Assembly: GCA_002773835.1 (NCBI GenBank)
Contig: PFAC01000036.1
Coordinates: forward strand, 497 to 64,496
Direction of reading: 5' to 3'
DNA length: 64,000 nucleotides
Source of the DNA: Chlamydiae bacterium CG10_big_fil_rev_8_21_14_0_10_35_9
Lineage (GTDB): Bacteria; Chlamydiota; Chlamydiia; Chlamydiales; SM23-39
How positions within the stretch are numbered: position 1 is the first letter of the stretch; each line of letters starts with the position of its first letter. Shown piece after piece: positions 1-7,929 of this stretch. The position numbers and the translations under genes were made by a program. Below the pieces are notes generated by a model. It was not told the DNA's origin, did not search any database, and was given only the letters and a program-made list of their open reading frames with translations.

Positions 1-834
1 TGTGACTCCAGGAGGATATACTCCCCTTACAAAACTTTGTGTGGCATAAACACCGGGTTCATTGAAAGTCATCCAATGATCCACTTCGTTAAATTCATCA
101 ATCATGCGTAAGCAGTAATTTTCAAAGGCCTCTAGCTTTGTGGGATCTGTAAACCCAGGAGAGTCTTCCGTCTCAACAAAGTGGTGTAAAGTAACCCAAG
201 GAGTGATGCCAGCATCAATCAATCTTTGTATGAGAGTATGGTGTTTTTGAATAGTCTCATCATTAAAGACTCCTGGAGAGGTTTCAATAATGGATCTTTC
301 AAGAGAAAAGCGGTAAGCATTCACATTCATCTCTCTTAAGATTCGTACAAATTCATCCGGTCTATCTAAGTAATCGATAAAAAATGTTGCAAAATGACGT
401 TCATTTTCTACCTTTATATGCTTAGTTGTTAACCAATTTTCATTCTTTGTGGAATTCCAGTTACTGCGACCGGGTTTGTTAGAATATTTGGTGCCATATC
501 CACAACTTTGAAAAAGAGAGTCTGAGGGCCCAAACTGATTAGGTAGAGCTTCAGCAACTTGATCTTCTGTTAATTCCGGGAAGTTAGGTGTTGGAGAAGA
601 TCTCCACCATGTTACCTTAGCTGCAAGGTACCCCAAATAGGCATAGGCAATTCTGATCGGAACAAAAAATGCTCTAGGGGCCAGTAAAAAAAGATTTTTT
701 GCATAGTAGGCAACTTTGTCAAGAGTCTTATGGGCAGCATAAGTAAGGGTAGTTCCATCTTTACTTAATGTAGCTGGGTTGCCATAAGGTACAAAGCTAT
801 TTTCTAATCTCAAACTTTCTAAAAGTGTACTCAT
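1..834 (-). CDS. Glycoside hydrolase family 1 (beta-glucosidase-like) protein, N-terminal part; the gene runs off the left edge of the window
   Basis: Absent from the ORF track because it is open to position 1. Reverse-strand ATG at 834-832 (MSTLLESLRLENSF...) preceded by AGGA. Hand translation gives the GH1-like blocks NAYRFSLERS, ITPWVTLHHF and the acid/base motif WMTFNEP. A ~90-aa N-terminal extension carries a hydrophobic stretch (LFLLAPRAFFVPIRIAYAYLGYLAA). Confidence 0.6.
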   Translation of the reverse strand, partial: MSTLLESLRLENSFVPYGNPATLSKDGTTLTYAAHKTLDKVAYYAKNLFLLAPRAFFVPIRIAYAYLGYLAAKVTWWRSSPTPNFPELTEDQVAEALPNQFGPSDSLFQSCGYGTKYSNKPGRSNWNSTKNENWLTTKHIKVENERHFATFFIDYLDRPDEFVRILREMNVNAYRFSLERSIIETSPGVFNDETIQKHHTLIQRLIDAGITPWVTLHHFVETEDSPGFTDPTKLEAFENYCLRMIDEFNEVDHWMTFNEPGVYATQSFVRGVYPPGVT

Positions 835-846
835 TTTTTAATTCCT

Positions 847-1056
847 TTAATTAGTAATTTTTCCTATTAAACAGCGGTGGTCAGAAGAATAATCTGCTGT
901 CATTTGATGAATATCAAACGCAGGTAAAATATCGACTATAACTTCGCTGTTACTATTTTTTTCTATAAGGATATGATCTATTGTATAACCGTCTTCTAAA
1001 GAGACTTTTTCTCCACCATAAACTTTTTTTATGGGAAAAGAACTTGGTTGATCCAA
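847..1056 (-). pseudogene. Probable remnant of the C-terminal ~70 aa of an endonuclease/exonuclease/phosphatase (EEP) family gene
   Basis: The translation ends ...GYTIDHILIEKNS...YSSDHRCLIGKI, matching the EEP C-terminal pattern (IDxIxxS ... SDHxP/C). The frame closes about 60 nt upstream of the TTG start, so the ~200 aa expected upstream are missing. Confidence 0.4.
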
Positions 1057-1175
1057 TTTAGGATCAAAATCCTTAATTAGGAACGAATAGTATATGCAGT
1101 AATCTAAAAATATTCTATTTAAAAAATGGAGATGTTCCTATATCTAGATAATTACTAATTTAAAAAAGGTTAGCT

Positions 1176-1679
1176 ATGACTAAAATTATGTTTAAAAATA
1201 ATCCTATTAACACAAGTGGGAACCTTCCTCAAAAAGGAGATACAGCTCCTAACTTCTTACTTATCAATAAAGATTTGAAAGAAGTTACTTTAGATCACTT
1301 CAAAGGAAAGAAAAAGATCCTTTCTATCAATCCAAGCTTAGATACCTCTGTTTGCCAAGAGACAACAAAACATTTTAATGAATTTGCAAAAAAGCATCCT
1401 GAAATTTCTATTTTAGTGATAACTAAAGACCTTCCTTTTGCGCAGAAAAGATTTTGTTCTGCAGAAAATTTAAAAAATGTAATAACTCTTTCTGTTATGC
1501 GCTCGAACGACTTTTTAAAAGATTATGGCGTATATCTTGAAGATGGTCCTCTCCAAGGACTTGCTGCTAGGGCTGTTCTTGTTTTAGATGAAAATCATAG
1601 AGTTATTTTTTCGAAATTAGTAGAAGAGATCACCAATGAGCCTGACTTTGATGAGATAGAAAGGCATTTAAATGATTGA
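1176..1679 (+). CDS. tpx: Thiol peroxidase (atypical 2-Cys peroxiredoxin)
   Basis: 167 aa. Peroxidatic Cys motif SINPSLDTSVCQ and resolving Cys context QKRFCSAENL, as in Tpx. Confidence 0.9.
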   Translation: MTKIMFKNNPINTSGNLPQKGDTAPNFLLINKDLKEVTLDHFKGKKKILSINPSLDTSVCQETTKHFNEFAKKHPEISILVITKDLPFAQKRFCSAENLKNVITLSVMRSNDFLKDYGVYLEDGPLQGLAARAVLVLDENHRVIFSKLVEEITNEPDFDEIERHLND

Positions 1680-2936
1680 CTCTACCTGTTTTTGTTTAAA
1701 GAGTTTAACAACAGTAAATAGCCAAGCAATGAAAATAACAATCAATCCTATATTTACAATTGGCATGATCTTGGCAAAGGCCATCCCCTGTAAGATAAAG
1801 ATGAAAAAAGAAGCAAAAGATCTTGCTGTTCTATAGGCAAATATATCAATGACAGCTTTGGCTTTAAATTTCTCATCTGTACTTAAGGGTACGTAAAGCA
1901 TCTCTCTGGAAATTCCAAAAAGAGAATGGTCAACTGACTTGATAGCTACTAAGGAAAATGAAATCATTGCAAAAGTTGGAAATAAGAAAAAAGTTACCGT
2001 ATTTAACAATAACAGCATTGGAACTAATAGATGGTTTCTTTTTAGACCTATTAAATGGATTAGCATATAACCGCCAAAAAACTGAAAGCATGAGGTTATA
2101 ATATTAGTAAGTCCAAAGAGTCTTCCGCAGTATTGGGTTCTTAAGTCTTTTCCGGAAATATTTAACTCAAGATATTGGTTAAATTGATAGTCAGTCAAAG
2201 AAATAGCCAACTGCATAAAAATAACCAAGCTTAAAATTCCTACTAAATATTTGGACTTTTTTACAGATTGAAAAAGTTCTTTAGTGGAAATATTTTTAAA
2301 AGGTTTTTCTATAAGATCAGGTTCATGCTGAAAAGAGCTTTTAAGATAGGCCTTCCAATAAAAAAAAGCTGCTAGAAGATAAATGGGGGCTGAAAAGAAA
2401 AAGAGTTTTTCTGCCCCTAGGCCAACAGATAGGAAGCTGGGAATGGTACTACCGAAAATAGAGCCTATACCTCCCATCCCAAAAATGATTCCATAGATAT
2501 ATTTAGCTCTTTCTTTAGGTATGGTTGCGTGGATGAGCGACCACATTTGCTTAAACATGAAAAGGATATAAATATCTTTCAAAATGAACTGAATAAAAAT
2601 TAAATAAGGAACCCTAACGACCAGCAAACCAGTTAGAAAATTTAAAGAAATTATTGAGAAGGTAAAAGTCAAAAACATCTTTAAACAACCTAATTTAGAT
2701 AAAAATCGGTTGTAGGTATGAATAAAAAATAAATTTACAGGCACGGTACAAAGCCAAACAAGAGGAAAGAGCCTGGTTGAGAGGTTAGTGATGAAAATAC
2801 CATTACTGGCAGGCCTCGTAATACTGTACTCTAAGGAGATCAAAAAACCTAAGGCCATCATACAGAAGATGAAAATCTTTTCTTTAGAGGTAAATTTGCT
2901 AAACTCTCCTTTTATAGCCGTAAATCTTTTAAACAT
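1668..2936 (-). CDS. Polytopic membrane transporter (MFS-like; possible distant relative of TLC/NTT nucleotide transporters)
   Basis: 422 aa with about 11-12 hydrophobic segments. The N-terminal layout (KEKIFIFCMMALGFLISLEYSITRPASNGIFI) resembles the start of TLC-family carriers. The substrate cannot be inferred. Confidence 0.5.
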   Translation of the reverse strand: MFKRFTAIKGEFSKFTSKEKIFIFCMMALGFLISLEYSITRPASNGIFITNLSTRLFPLVWLCTVPVNLFFIHTYNRFLSKLGCLKMFLTFTFSIISLNFLTGLLVVRVPYLIFIQFILKDIYILFMFKQMWSLIHATIPKERAKYIYGIIFGMGGIGSIFGSTIPSFLSVGLGAEKLFFFSAPIYLLAAFFYWKAYLKSSFQHEPDLIEKPFKNISTKELFQSVKKSKYLVGILSLVIFMQLAISLTDYQFNQYLELNISGKDLRTQYCGRLFGLTNIITSCFQFFGGYMLIHLIGLKRNHLLVPMLLLLNTVTFFLFPTFAMISFSLVAIKSVDHSLFGISREMLYVPLSTDEKFKAKAVIDIFAYRTARSFASFFIFILQGMAFAKIMPIVNIGLIVIFIAWLFTVVKLFKQKQVESII

Positions 2937-3226
2937 AATAATCCAATCTCATATTAATAATAAGTATTTTGGTAGCATCCACTATTTATAGCAAATAATA
3001 AAAGATTACGATGAAAAAATATAAAATTTAATAAAAATATAATTTTCTGAATAACAGAGGTTGGCTTTGAACCCTCCTTCCTAGGAAAAGCCAGGCTCAG
3101 GTATTATAAAAGAAAAATCTTGATAGAAACTATGCTAGAAAATTTTTTGAAGCAATTATATTTATATAATTTTGTAGTCAAAATAGGATTTTTGTTTAAT
3201 GTTTTTCTAACATTTTAACAAATATC

Positions 3227-4528
3227 ATGACTGTTAATAGTTACCAAAACACTATCCAGCTGCCTCCAGATCTTGTTTCTATAGTCTTCTGTTATTTAAA
3301 TGTAGCAGAGCAGGCTATTGTGCGAAGGGTATCTTCAATATGGAATGAAGTGCCTCAATCAAATTTAGGGAAATTTGCCCAAATAAACTCCATAGCAATT
3401 CTTTCTATATATGCACTACAAATATTAAACCAACATAGCTCAAATCACTTAGTAAAAGTTCAAACAGCAATTCAAAATACAAGTGCATTCTTATTTCCAA
3501 TAGTTGATAGATTTAATCAACAGCTAGACCCCTCGGATAAAATACTTAGCAAGTATTTAAGCAAGGTTCTTAAAGTAAAGCATATAAGTGATCCGCTTGA
3601 TATGATTGCTTTTTTGAGGAGTTTTTCCTTAAAAGCTAGGCAAACCATTCAATCTTTGGATTTTTCATCTCATTCAATTACAGACCTTCAGGTTTGTCAC
3701 CTTTTATGGTATTGCCCCAAAGTGAGTTCATTAAATCTTTCTATGACTCGTATTATTGGAAATGGATTTGCTAATGTTTTTGAAAATAGGTGCTTAAAAA
3801 AACTTAATTTATCCTGGTGTGAAAATTTACATGAAGACACGATTCAAGCATTTTTCACTCAAATTGTTGCTCTTGAAAAGCTTGATCTTTCGCATACATA
3901 TTTAACAAAAGTTTGTCTTCCGAAACCGAATCTTTTGAGAACTCTTTATTTAAATAGCTGCAAAAATCTTCCTGAGAAAGCTCTTTTAGAATTGCTTTCT
4001 CAAACCTCATTATTGGAAGAACTTAGTTTGTCTCAAACTCATATAAGTAAGTTGCCTCTGCCAAGCCCGAATTTATTAAAAAAGCTTGACCTGAGCCAGT
4101 GTCCCCTAAATGAGGAAGCTATTCAAGAATGTTTCCTGCAGGCTTTTGCCATAGAAGAACTAGATCTGTCATGTACCTATATTACAAGAATAATACTGCC
4201 TAACCCTCACCTACTTAAAAAATTGAATTTAAGCGGTTGCCAAAATCTTGATATGGATGCTCTTGCTGAGTTGCTTTCACAGACCTCTTCTTTAGAAGAG
4301 CTAGACCTGTCATATACAGATGTAATAAGGTTACCCCTTAAAAATCCAGGTTCCTTAAAAAAACTAAATTTAAGCGGCTGCAAATTCCTTGAAGAAGAGG
4401 CTTTTTTAGAATTGCTTTCTAAAGCTACCTCATTAAAAGGCTTAGACTTACTTCATTCAAACATATTAGAAAAAAACTTTCAGTCGATTAATTTATTTCA
4501 AAATCCAAAACTTCTCTTGTCTATTTAA
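3227..4528 (+). CDS. F-box-like domain / leucine-rich repeat protein (eukaryote-like, putative effector)
   Basis: N-terminal LPPDLVSIVFCYLNVAEQAIVRRVSSIWNEV fits the F-box pattern (LPxE..I..L....L...VSK.W). It is followed by Cys-containing LRR pairs (LKKLNLSWCENL...LEKLDLSHTYLT). Confidence 0.8.
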   Translation: MTVNSYQNTIQLPPDLVSIVFCYLNVAEQAIVRRVSSIWNEVPQSNLGKFAQINSIAILSIYALQILNQHSSNHLVKVQTAIQNTSAFLFPIVDRFNQQLDPSDKILSKYLSKVLKVKHISDPLDMIAFLRSFSLKARQTIQSLDFSSHSITDLQVCHLLWYCPKVSSLNLSMTRIIGNGFANVFENRCLKKLNLSWCENLHEDTIQAFFTQIVALEKLDLSHTYLTKVCLPKPNLLRTLYLNSCKNLPEKALLELLSQTSLLEELSLSQTHISKLPLPSPNLLKKLDLSQCPLNEEAIQECFLQAFAIEELDLSCTYITRIILPNPHLLKKLNLSGCQNLDMDALAELLSQTSSLEELDLSYTDVIRLPLKNPGSLKKLNLSGCKFLEEEAFLELLSKATSLKGLDLLHSNILEKNFQSINLFQNPKLLLSI

Positions 4529-4589
4529 AGTACTTGTAATCAATGCAAAGATTTAGTTTGCTGTTTGGGCTTTAAAAAAGGTAAGAATT

Positions 4590-6440
4590 ATGACTACAAT
4601 GCTAACTAACCGTCAAATGATCATTAACCCTCATGACATAGCCAATCAAACTCGCAGTATTTTCTCTATATTTTCAAGTTATTTAAGTGTAAAAGAGCAA
4701 GCTATTATTCAAAGAGTATCTTCAAAGTGGAATGCAATTTTTCACTCAGATGAATTGATATTTACAAGAGTTCAATCCATAGCAATTACTGATGAAATCT
4801 CCATAGAGGCTTTATGTGAAAATAGTTGCCAGTTACCAACTATTACAAAAATATTCCATGAAATGACCGACCCATCTGGGAAAATTTTAACAACTTATGT
4901 CAATCGGATGCTTCGAGCCTTTCTCGATCAAAAACCTGAAAATATTAGAAGTTTTCTAGAAAAGCTTTCTGATAAAGTTAAAGCTGCTGTTGAATTTTTA
5001 AATCTATCACATGTTCCAACTACTGAAGAGGCTTTAGCAATCACTTTAAATAGCTTTCCCAATGTTGAAACGTTAGATTTTACTGAATCGACCTTCAATG
5101 GAAATGCTTTAATGAGCGCAAGTCTTGCATTAAAAAATATTACCATGAATAGTTGCCAGCATATTACCAATGCTGCCCTAAAAGCATTTTTTGAAAAAAA
5201 TAAAAACCTGGAGACTCTCAGTCTCTCAGGGGCAAAGTTTATCACAGGAGCAGCTTTCGAAAACTTTGATCTCCCTGATTTGAAAGAACTTGACCTGGCT
5301 GGTTGCGAAGGAATTGAGGAAGAAGCCCTCAGAGATCTACTTGGTAAAACTAAAAAACTAGAGAGGCTTAATCTAAGTAATTTAAGTATAACAGGGCTTG
5401 CCTTTCAAAACTTTGACGCTTCTAACTTGAAAGAGCTGAACCTATCTGATTGTGATGAAATTGAGGAAGAGGCCCTTAGAGAACTACTCAGCAAAGCTAA
5501 AAAGTTAGAAAGACTTAATTTCAGTAATTTAAGTATAACAGGACTTGCCTTTCAAGATTTTGACGCTTCTAACTTGAAAGAGCTGGACCTATCTGAGTGT
5601 GATGAAATTGAGGAAGAAGCTCTCAGAGATCTACTTAGCAAAGCTAAAAAACTAGAGAGACTTAAACTTCATGATACAAATATAACAGGAGCTGCCTTTC
5701 AAGGTTTTGAAGCTTCTAACTTGAAACACCTTGAACTATCTGAGTGTCGTGAAATTGTAGAAGAAGCTCTTAAAAAGTTACTTAGCAGAGTTAAAAGATT
5801 AGAGAGGCTTGACCTTGCTTTCACACCTATAACAGGTATTGCATTTCAAGGTTTTGATCCCTCCTATTTGAAAGAACTTGACTTATCAGACTGTAACATT
5901 CTTGAAGAGGAGTTTCTTGAGATGTTGCTTAGCAAAACAACACAGCTAGAAGAGCTTGATCTTTTACAAGTAGGTCTAGTGGGTGAAGCATTTCAAGATT
6001 TTGATGCTTCTAGCTTGAAAAAGCTCGACTTGTCACATTGCGAAGATATTGAAGAAGAGTTTCTCGAAGAGCTATTTAGCAAGACAACGCAACTAGAGGA
6101 GCTTGTACTCGCTGATAATACAGTAATAGAAGGAGAAGCTTTTCAAAATTTTAATCCCTCCTATTTGAAAAAACTTGATTTATCAGGATGTATAGAACTC
6201 AATGAAGACCTTTTACAGGACTTTTTTAATAAGGCTAAATCATTGTTGTCTATTAACTTTACCTCTACAAACATAACGGGGAAAGCATTTCAAAATTTTG
6301 ATCCCTCTAACCTGAAATTTCTTTTTTTAGGGGGCTGTTATAACCTAGATAAAGGAGTTATTGAAGTATTTATCAGCAAAATAAAAGAGCCAAAAACACT
6401 GGTGATAAGTGGCTCTTTTGAAATTTCTATAAATAATTAG
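4590..6440 (+). CDS. F-box-like domain / leucine-rich repeat protein, expanded paralog
   Basis: F-box-like IFSIFSSYLSVKEQAIIQRVSSKWNAIF, then about 9 units of a 49-aa double LRR (LKELDLSxCxEIEEEALRxLLSKAKKLERLxLSxxxITGxAFQxFDASN). Confidence 0.8.
   Translation: MTTMLTNRQMIINPHDIANQTRSIFSIFSSYLSVKEQAIIQRVSSKWNAIFHSDELIFTRVQSIAITDEISIEALCENSCQLPTITKIFHEMTDPSGKILTTYVNRMLRAFLDQKPENIRSFLEKLSDKVKAAVEFLNLSHVPTTEEALAITLNSFPNVETLDFTESTFNGNALMSASLALKNITMNSCQHITNAALKAFFEKNKNLETLSLSGAKFITGAAFENFDLPDLKELDLAGCEGIEEEALRDLLGKTKKLERLNLSNLSITGLAFQNFDASNLKELNLSDCDEIEEEALRELLSKAKKLERLNFSNLSITGLAFQDFDASNLKELDLSECDEIEEEALRDLLSKAKKLERLKLHDTNITGAAFQGFEASNLKHLELSECREIVEEALKKLLSRVKRLERLDLAFTPITGIAFQGFDPSYLKELDLSDCNILEEEFLEMLLSKTTQLEELDLLQVGLVGEAFQDFDASSLKKLDLSHCEDIEEEFLEELFSKTTQLEELVLADNTVIEGEAFQNFNPSYLKKLDLSGCIELNEDLLQDFFNKAKSLLSINFTSTNITGKAFQNFDPSNLKFLFLGGCYNLDKGVIEVFISKIKEPKTLVISGSFEISINN
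5130..6440 (+). repeat. In-frame 147-bp (49-codon) tandem repeat array, about 9 units, inside the F-box/LRR gene
   Basis: The unit-starting Leu codon recurs at 5130, 5280, 5427, 5574, 5721, 5868, 6015, 6165 and 6312. Spacing is 147 nt apart from two single-codon insertions. Units starting at 5280, 5427 and 5574 share long identical DNA stretches. Confidence 0.9.
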
Positions 6441-6455
6441 CTTTGATTTATTTGT

Positions 6456-6482
6456 TTTGCTTGGCACTATGCGCCAAGCAAA
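6456..6482 (+). terminator. Hairpin downstream of the F-box/LRR gene (possible terminator)
   Basis: tttgcttggc / actatgc / gccaagcaaa gives a 10-bp stem and 7-nt loop. The trailing T-tract is weak (ttgtt). Confidence 0.4.
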
Positions 6483-6538
6483 TTGTTAACACAGTATTTT
6501 AGTTTACTCTTTGAGCTTAGAAAAAATGGTAAAAATTT

Positions 6539-7927
6539 ATGCCTACAATTACCCCAATAGCTGTTCATCATCAAGTATTAGTAAACCCTTGTGATATAAC
6601 AAGCTATGCTCGTGACATTTTTCCTATATTCACAAGTTTTTTAAGTCCACAAGAACAAGCCATTGCCCAAAGAGTATCTTCAGCATGGAAAAAAGCGCTT
6701 TTTTCCCAAGAATCTATTTTTCCTCGAGTTCAGTCTATTCTTTTTTCTGATGAAAATGTAGTGGCCAGGTTATGCGAAAATATACATAGTTTTCCTAAAG
6801 TTACAAGAAAGTTCCATGCAATATTAGATCCATCAAGCGATACATTATCTGACTATGTAAGTATGGTTCTACAGGTTCTTATTATTCAAAAACCTCATAA
6901 TATTATTGATTTTTTAGAAACCATTTCCCAGGAAGCTAGGGATGCAGTTCAATATTTAGATTTTTTAGGTATTCCAATTTTAAGTGAGTACTTCTCTGCC
7001 ATATTAACTTCTTTTCGTAATATAGAAATTATAAACTTAGTTGACTGCTCCACAGATGGGAATGCCTTGACAATGATAAGAAGTAATAATAAGTTAAAGA
7101 AAGTTTATTTAGATGGTTGCGTGGACATCCAAAATGTAGCTTTAAATATATTTCTTAGCAAAACTAAAGAACTGGAAATTCTAAATCTTTCAAAAACTTG
7201 TGTAGCTGGATTGGCATTTCAGAGCTTTTCTCCTTTCCATTTGAAAGTACTAGATTTATCCGAATGTTGCCACCTAGATGATTCAGGTCTTGCGCCTCTT
7301 CTTTTGCAAGCAAAGCAAATAGAGGAGCTTAACCTTTCTGAAACAGAAATAACTGGAGAAGCATTTCAAAGCTTTGACTCCTCTAATTTAAAAATTCTTG
7401 TTTTAAATGCTTGTATTCATCTGGAGCAAAGGTTTTTAAAATGTTTACTCAGTCAAGCAAGACAGCTGGAAAAACTTGACCTTTCTTACACAAGGACAAT
7501 CGGAGAATCTTTCGAAGGTTTTAATCCTTCCAATTTAAAAATGTTAAGTTTAATCCAATGTAATGATTTTGAGGATTGGGCTCTTAAGTTACTTCTCTCG
7601 CGGGCAAAACAGTTAGAAGAGCTTACCCTTTCTTATACAGGGTTTACTGGAGAAGAATTAGAAGATTTTGAGGCCCTTAATTTGAAGAGACTAGACTGTT
7701 TTAGCTGTACAAATCTTGAAGATGAATTTCTTAAACGACTTTTAAGTAAAGCCAAAAACCTGGAAGCCCTTAATCTCTACAATACACCAATAACAGCAAA
7801 AGCTTTTCAAGGTATAGAATTGCCTAACTTGAAAGAAATCATCGTAAGAGAGGTGGGAAAGCTTAGTTTAACATTTTTTAAAGATGTGAAAAGTCTGGTA
7901 GAAAACTTTTTAATAAACAGTGCTTAA
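6539..7927 (+). CDS. F-box-like domain / leucine-rich repeat protein, third tandem paralog
   Basis: F-box-like IFPIFTSFLSPQEQAIAQRVSSAWKKALF. The ~49-aa double-LRR units are more diverged (LKVLDLSECCHLDDSGLAPLLLQAKQIEELNLSETEITGEAFQSFDSSN). Confidence 0.8.
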   Translation: MPTITPIAVHHQVLVNPCDITSYARDIFPIFTSFLSPQEQAIAQRVSSAWKKALFSQESIFPRVQSILFSDENVVARLCENIHSFPKVTRKFHAILDPSSDTLSDYVSMVLQVLIIQKPHNIIDFLETISQEARDAVQYLDFLGIPILSEYFSAILTSFRNIEIINLVDCSTDGNALTMIRSNNKLKKVYLDGCVDIQNVALNIFLSKTKELEILNLSKTCVAGLAFQSFSPFHLKVLDLSECCHLDDSGLAPLLLQAKQIEELNLSETEITGEAFQSFDSSNLKILVLNACIHLEQRFLKCLLSQARQLEKLDLSYTRTIGESFEGFNPSNLKMLSLIQCNDFEDWALKLLLSRAKQLEELTLSYTGFTGEELEDFEALNLKRLDCFSCTNLEDEFLKRLLSKAKNLEALNLYNTPITAKAFQGIELPNLKEIIVREVGKLSLTFFKDVKSLVENFLINSA

Positions 7928-7929
7928 CC

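Noticed and set aside
4928-5245. 105-aa antisense ORF inside the F-box/LRR gene. Similar antisense or shadow ORFs in the track occur at 2788-2991, 8529-8753, 9570-10012, 12301-12483, 12909-13097, 13377-13619, 14058-14324, 14487-14807, 15117-15305, 16442-16934 and 22094-22333. Further ones are at 24235-24423, 26424-26621, 27185-28134, 29957-30211, 30698-30925, 35241-35624, 36725-37000, 38390-38584, 39374-39559, 43925-44113, 44439-44627 and 45267-45482. The rest are at 45811-46062, 50892-51080, 51825-52010, 52425-52649, 52943-53137, 54509-54760, 55202-55531, 55868-56071, 56212-56406, 57376-57744, 60733-60966 and 63028-63405.
   Set aside because: Each lies wholly within or opposite a longer ORF that has clear family motifs. 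Their translations are low-complexity or composition-driven, and none has a convincing ribosome-binding site.
5130-6440. Regular 147-bp tandem periodicity that could superficially suggest a CRISPR-like or satellite array
   Set aside because: The repeats are contiguous with no unique spacers. They are in frame within a long ORF and encode LRR units, so this is a coding repeat and not a CRISPR array.
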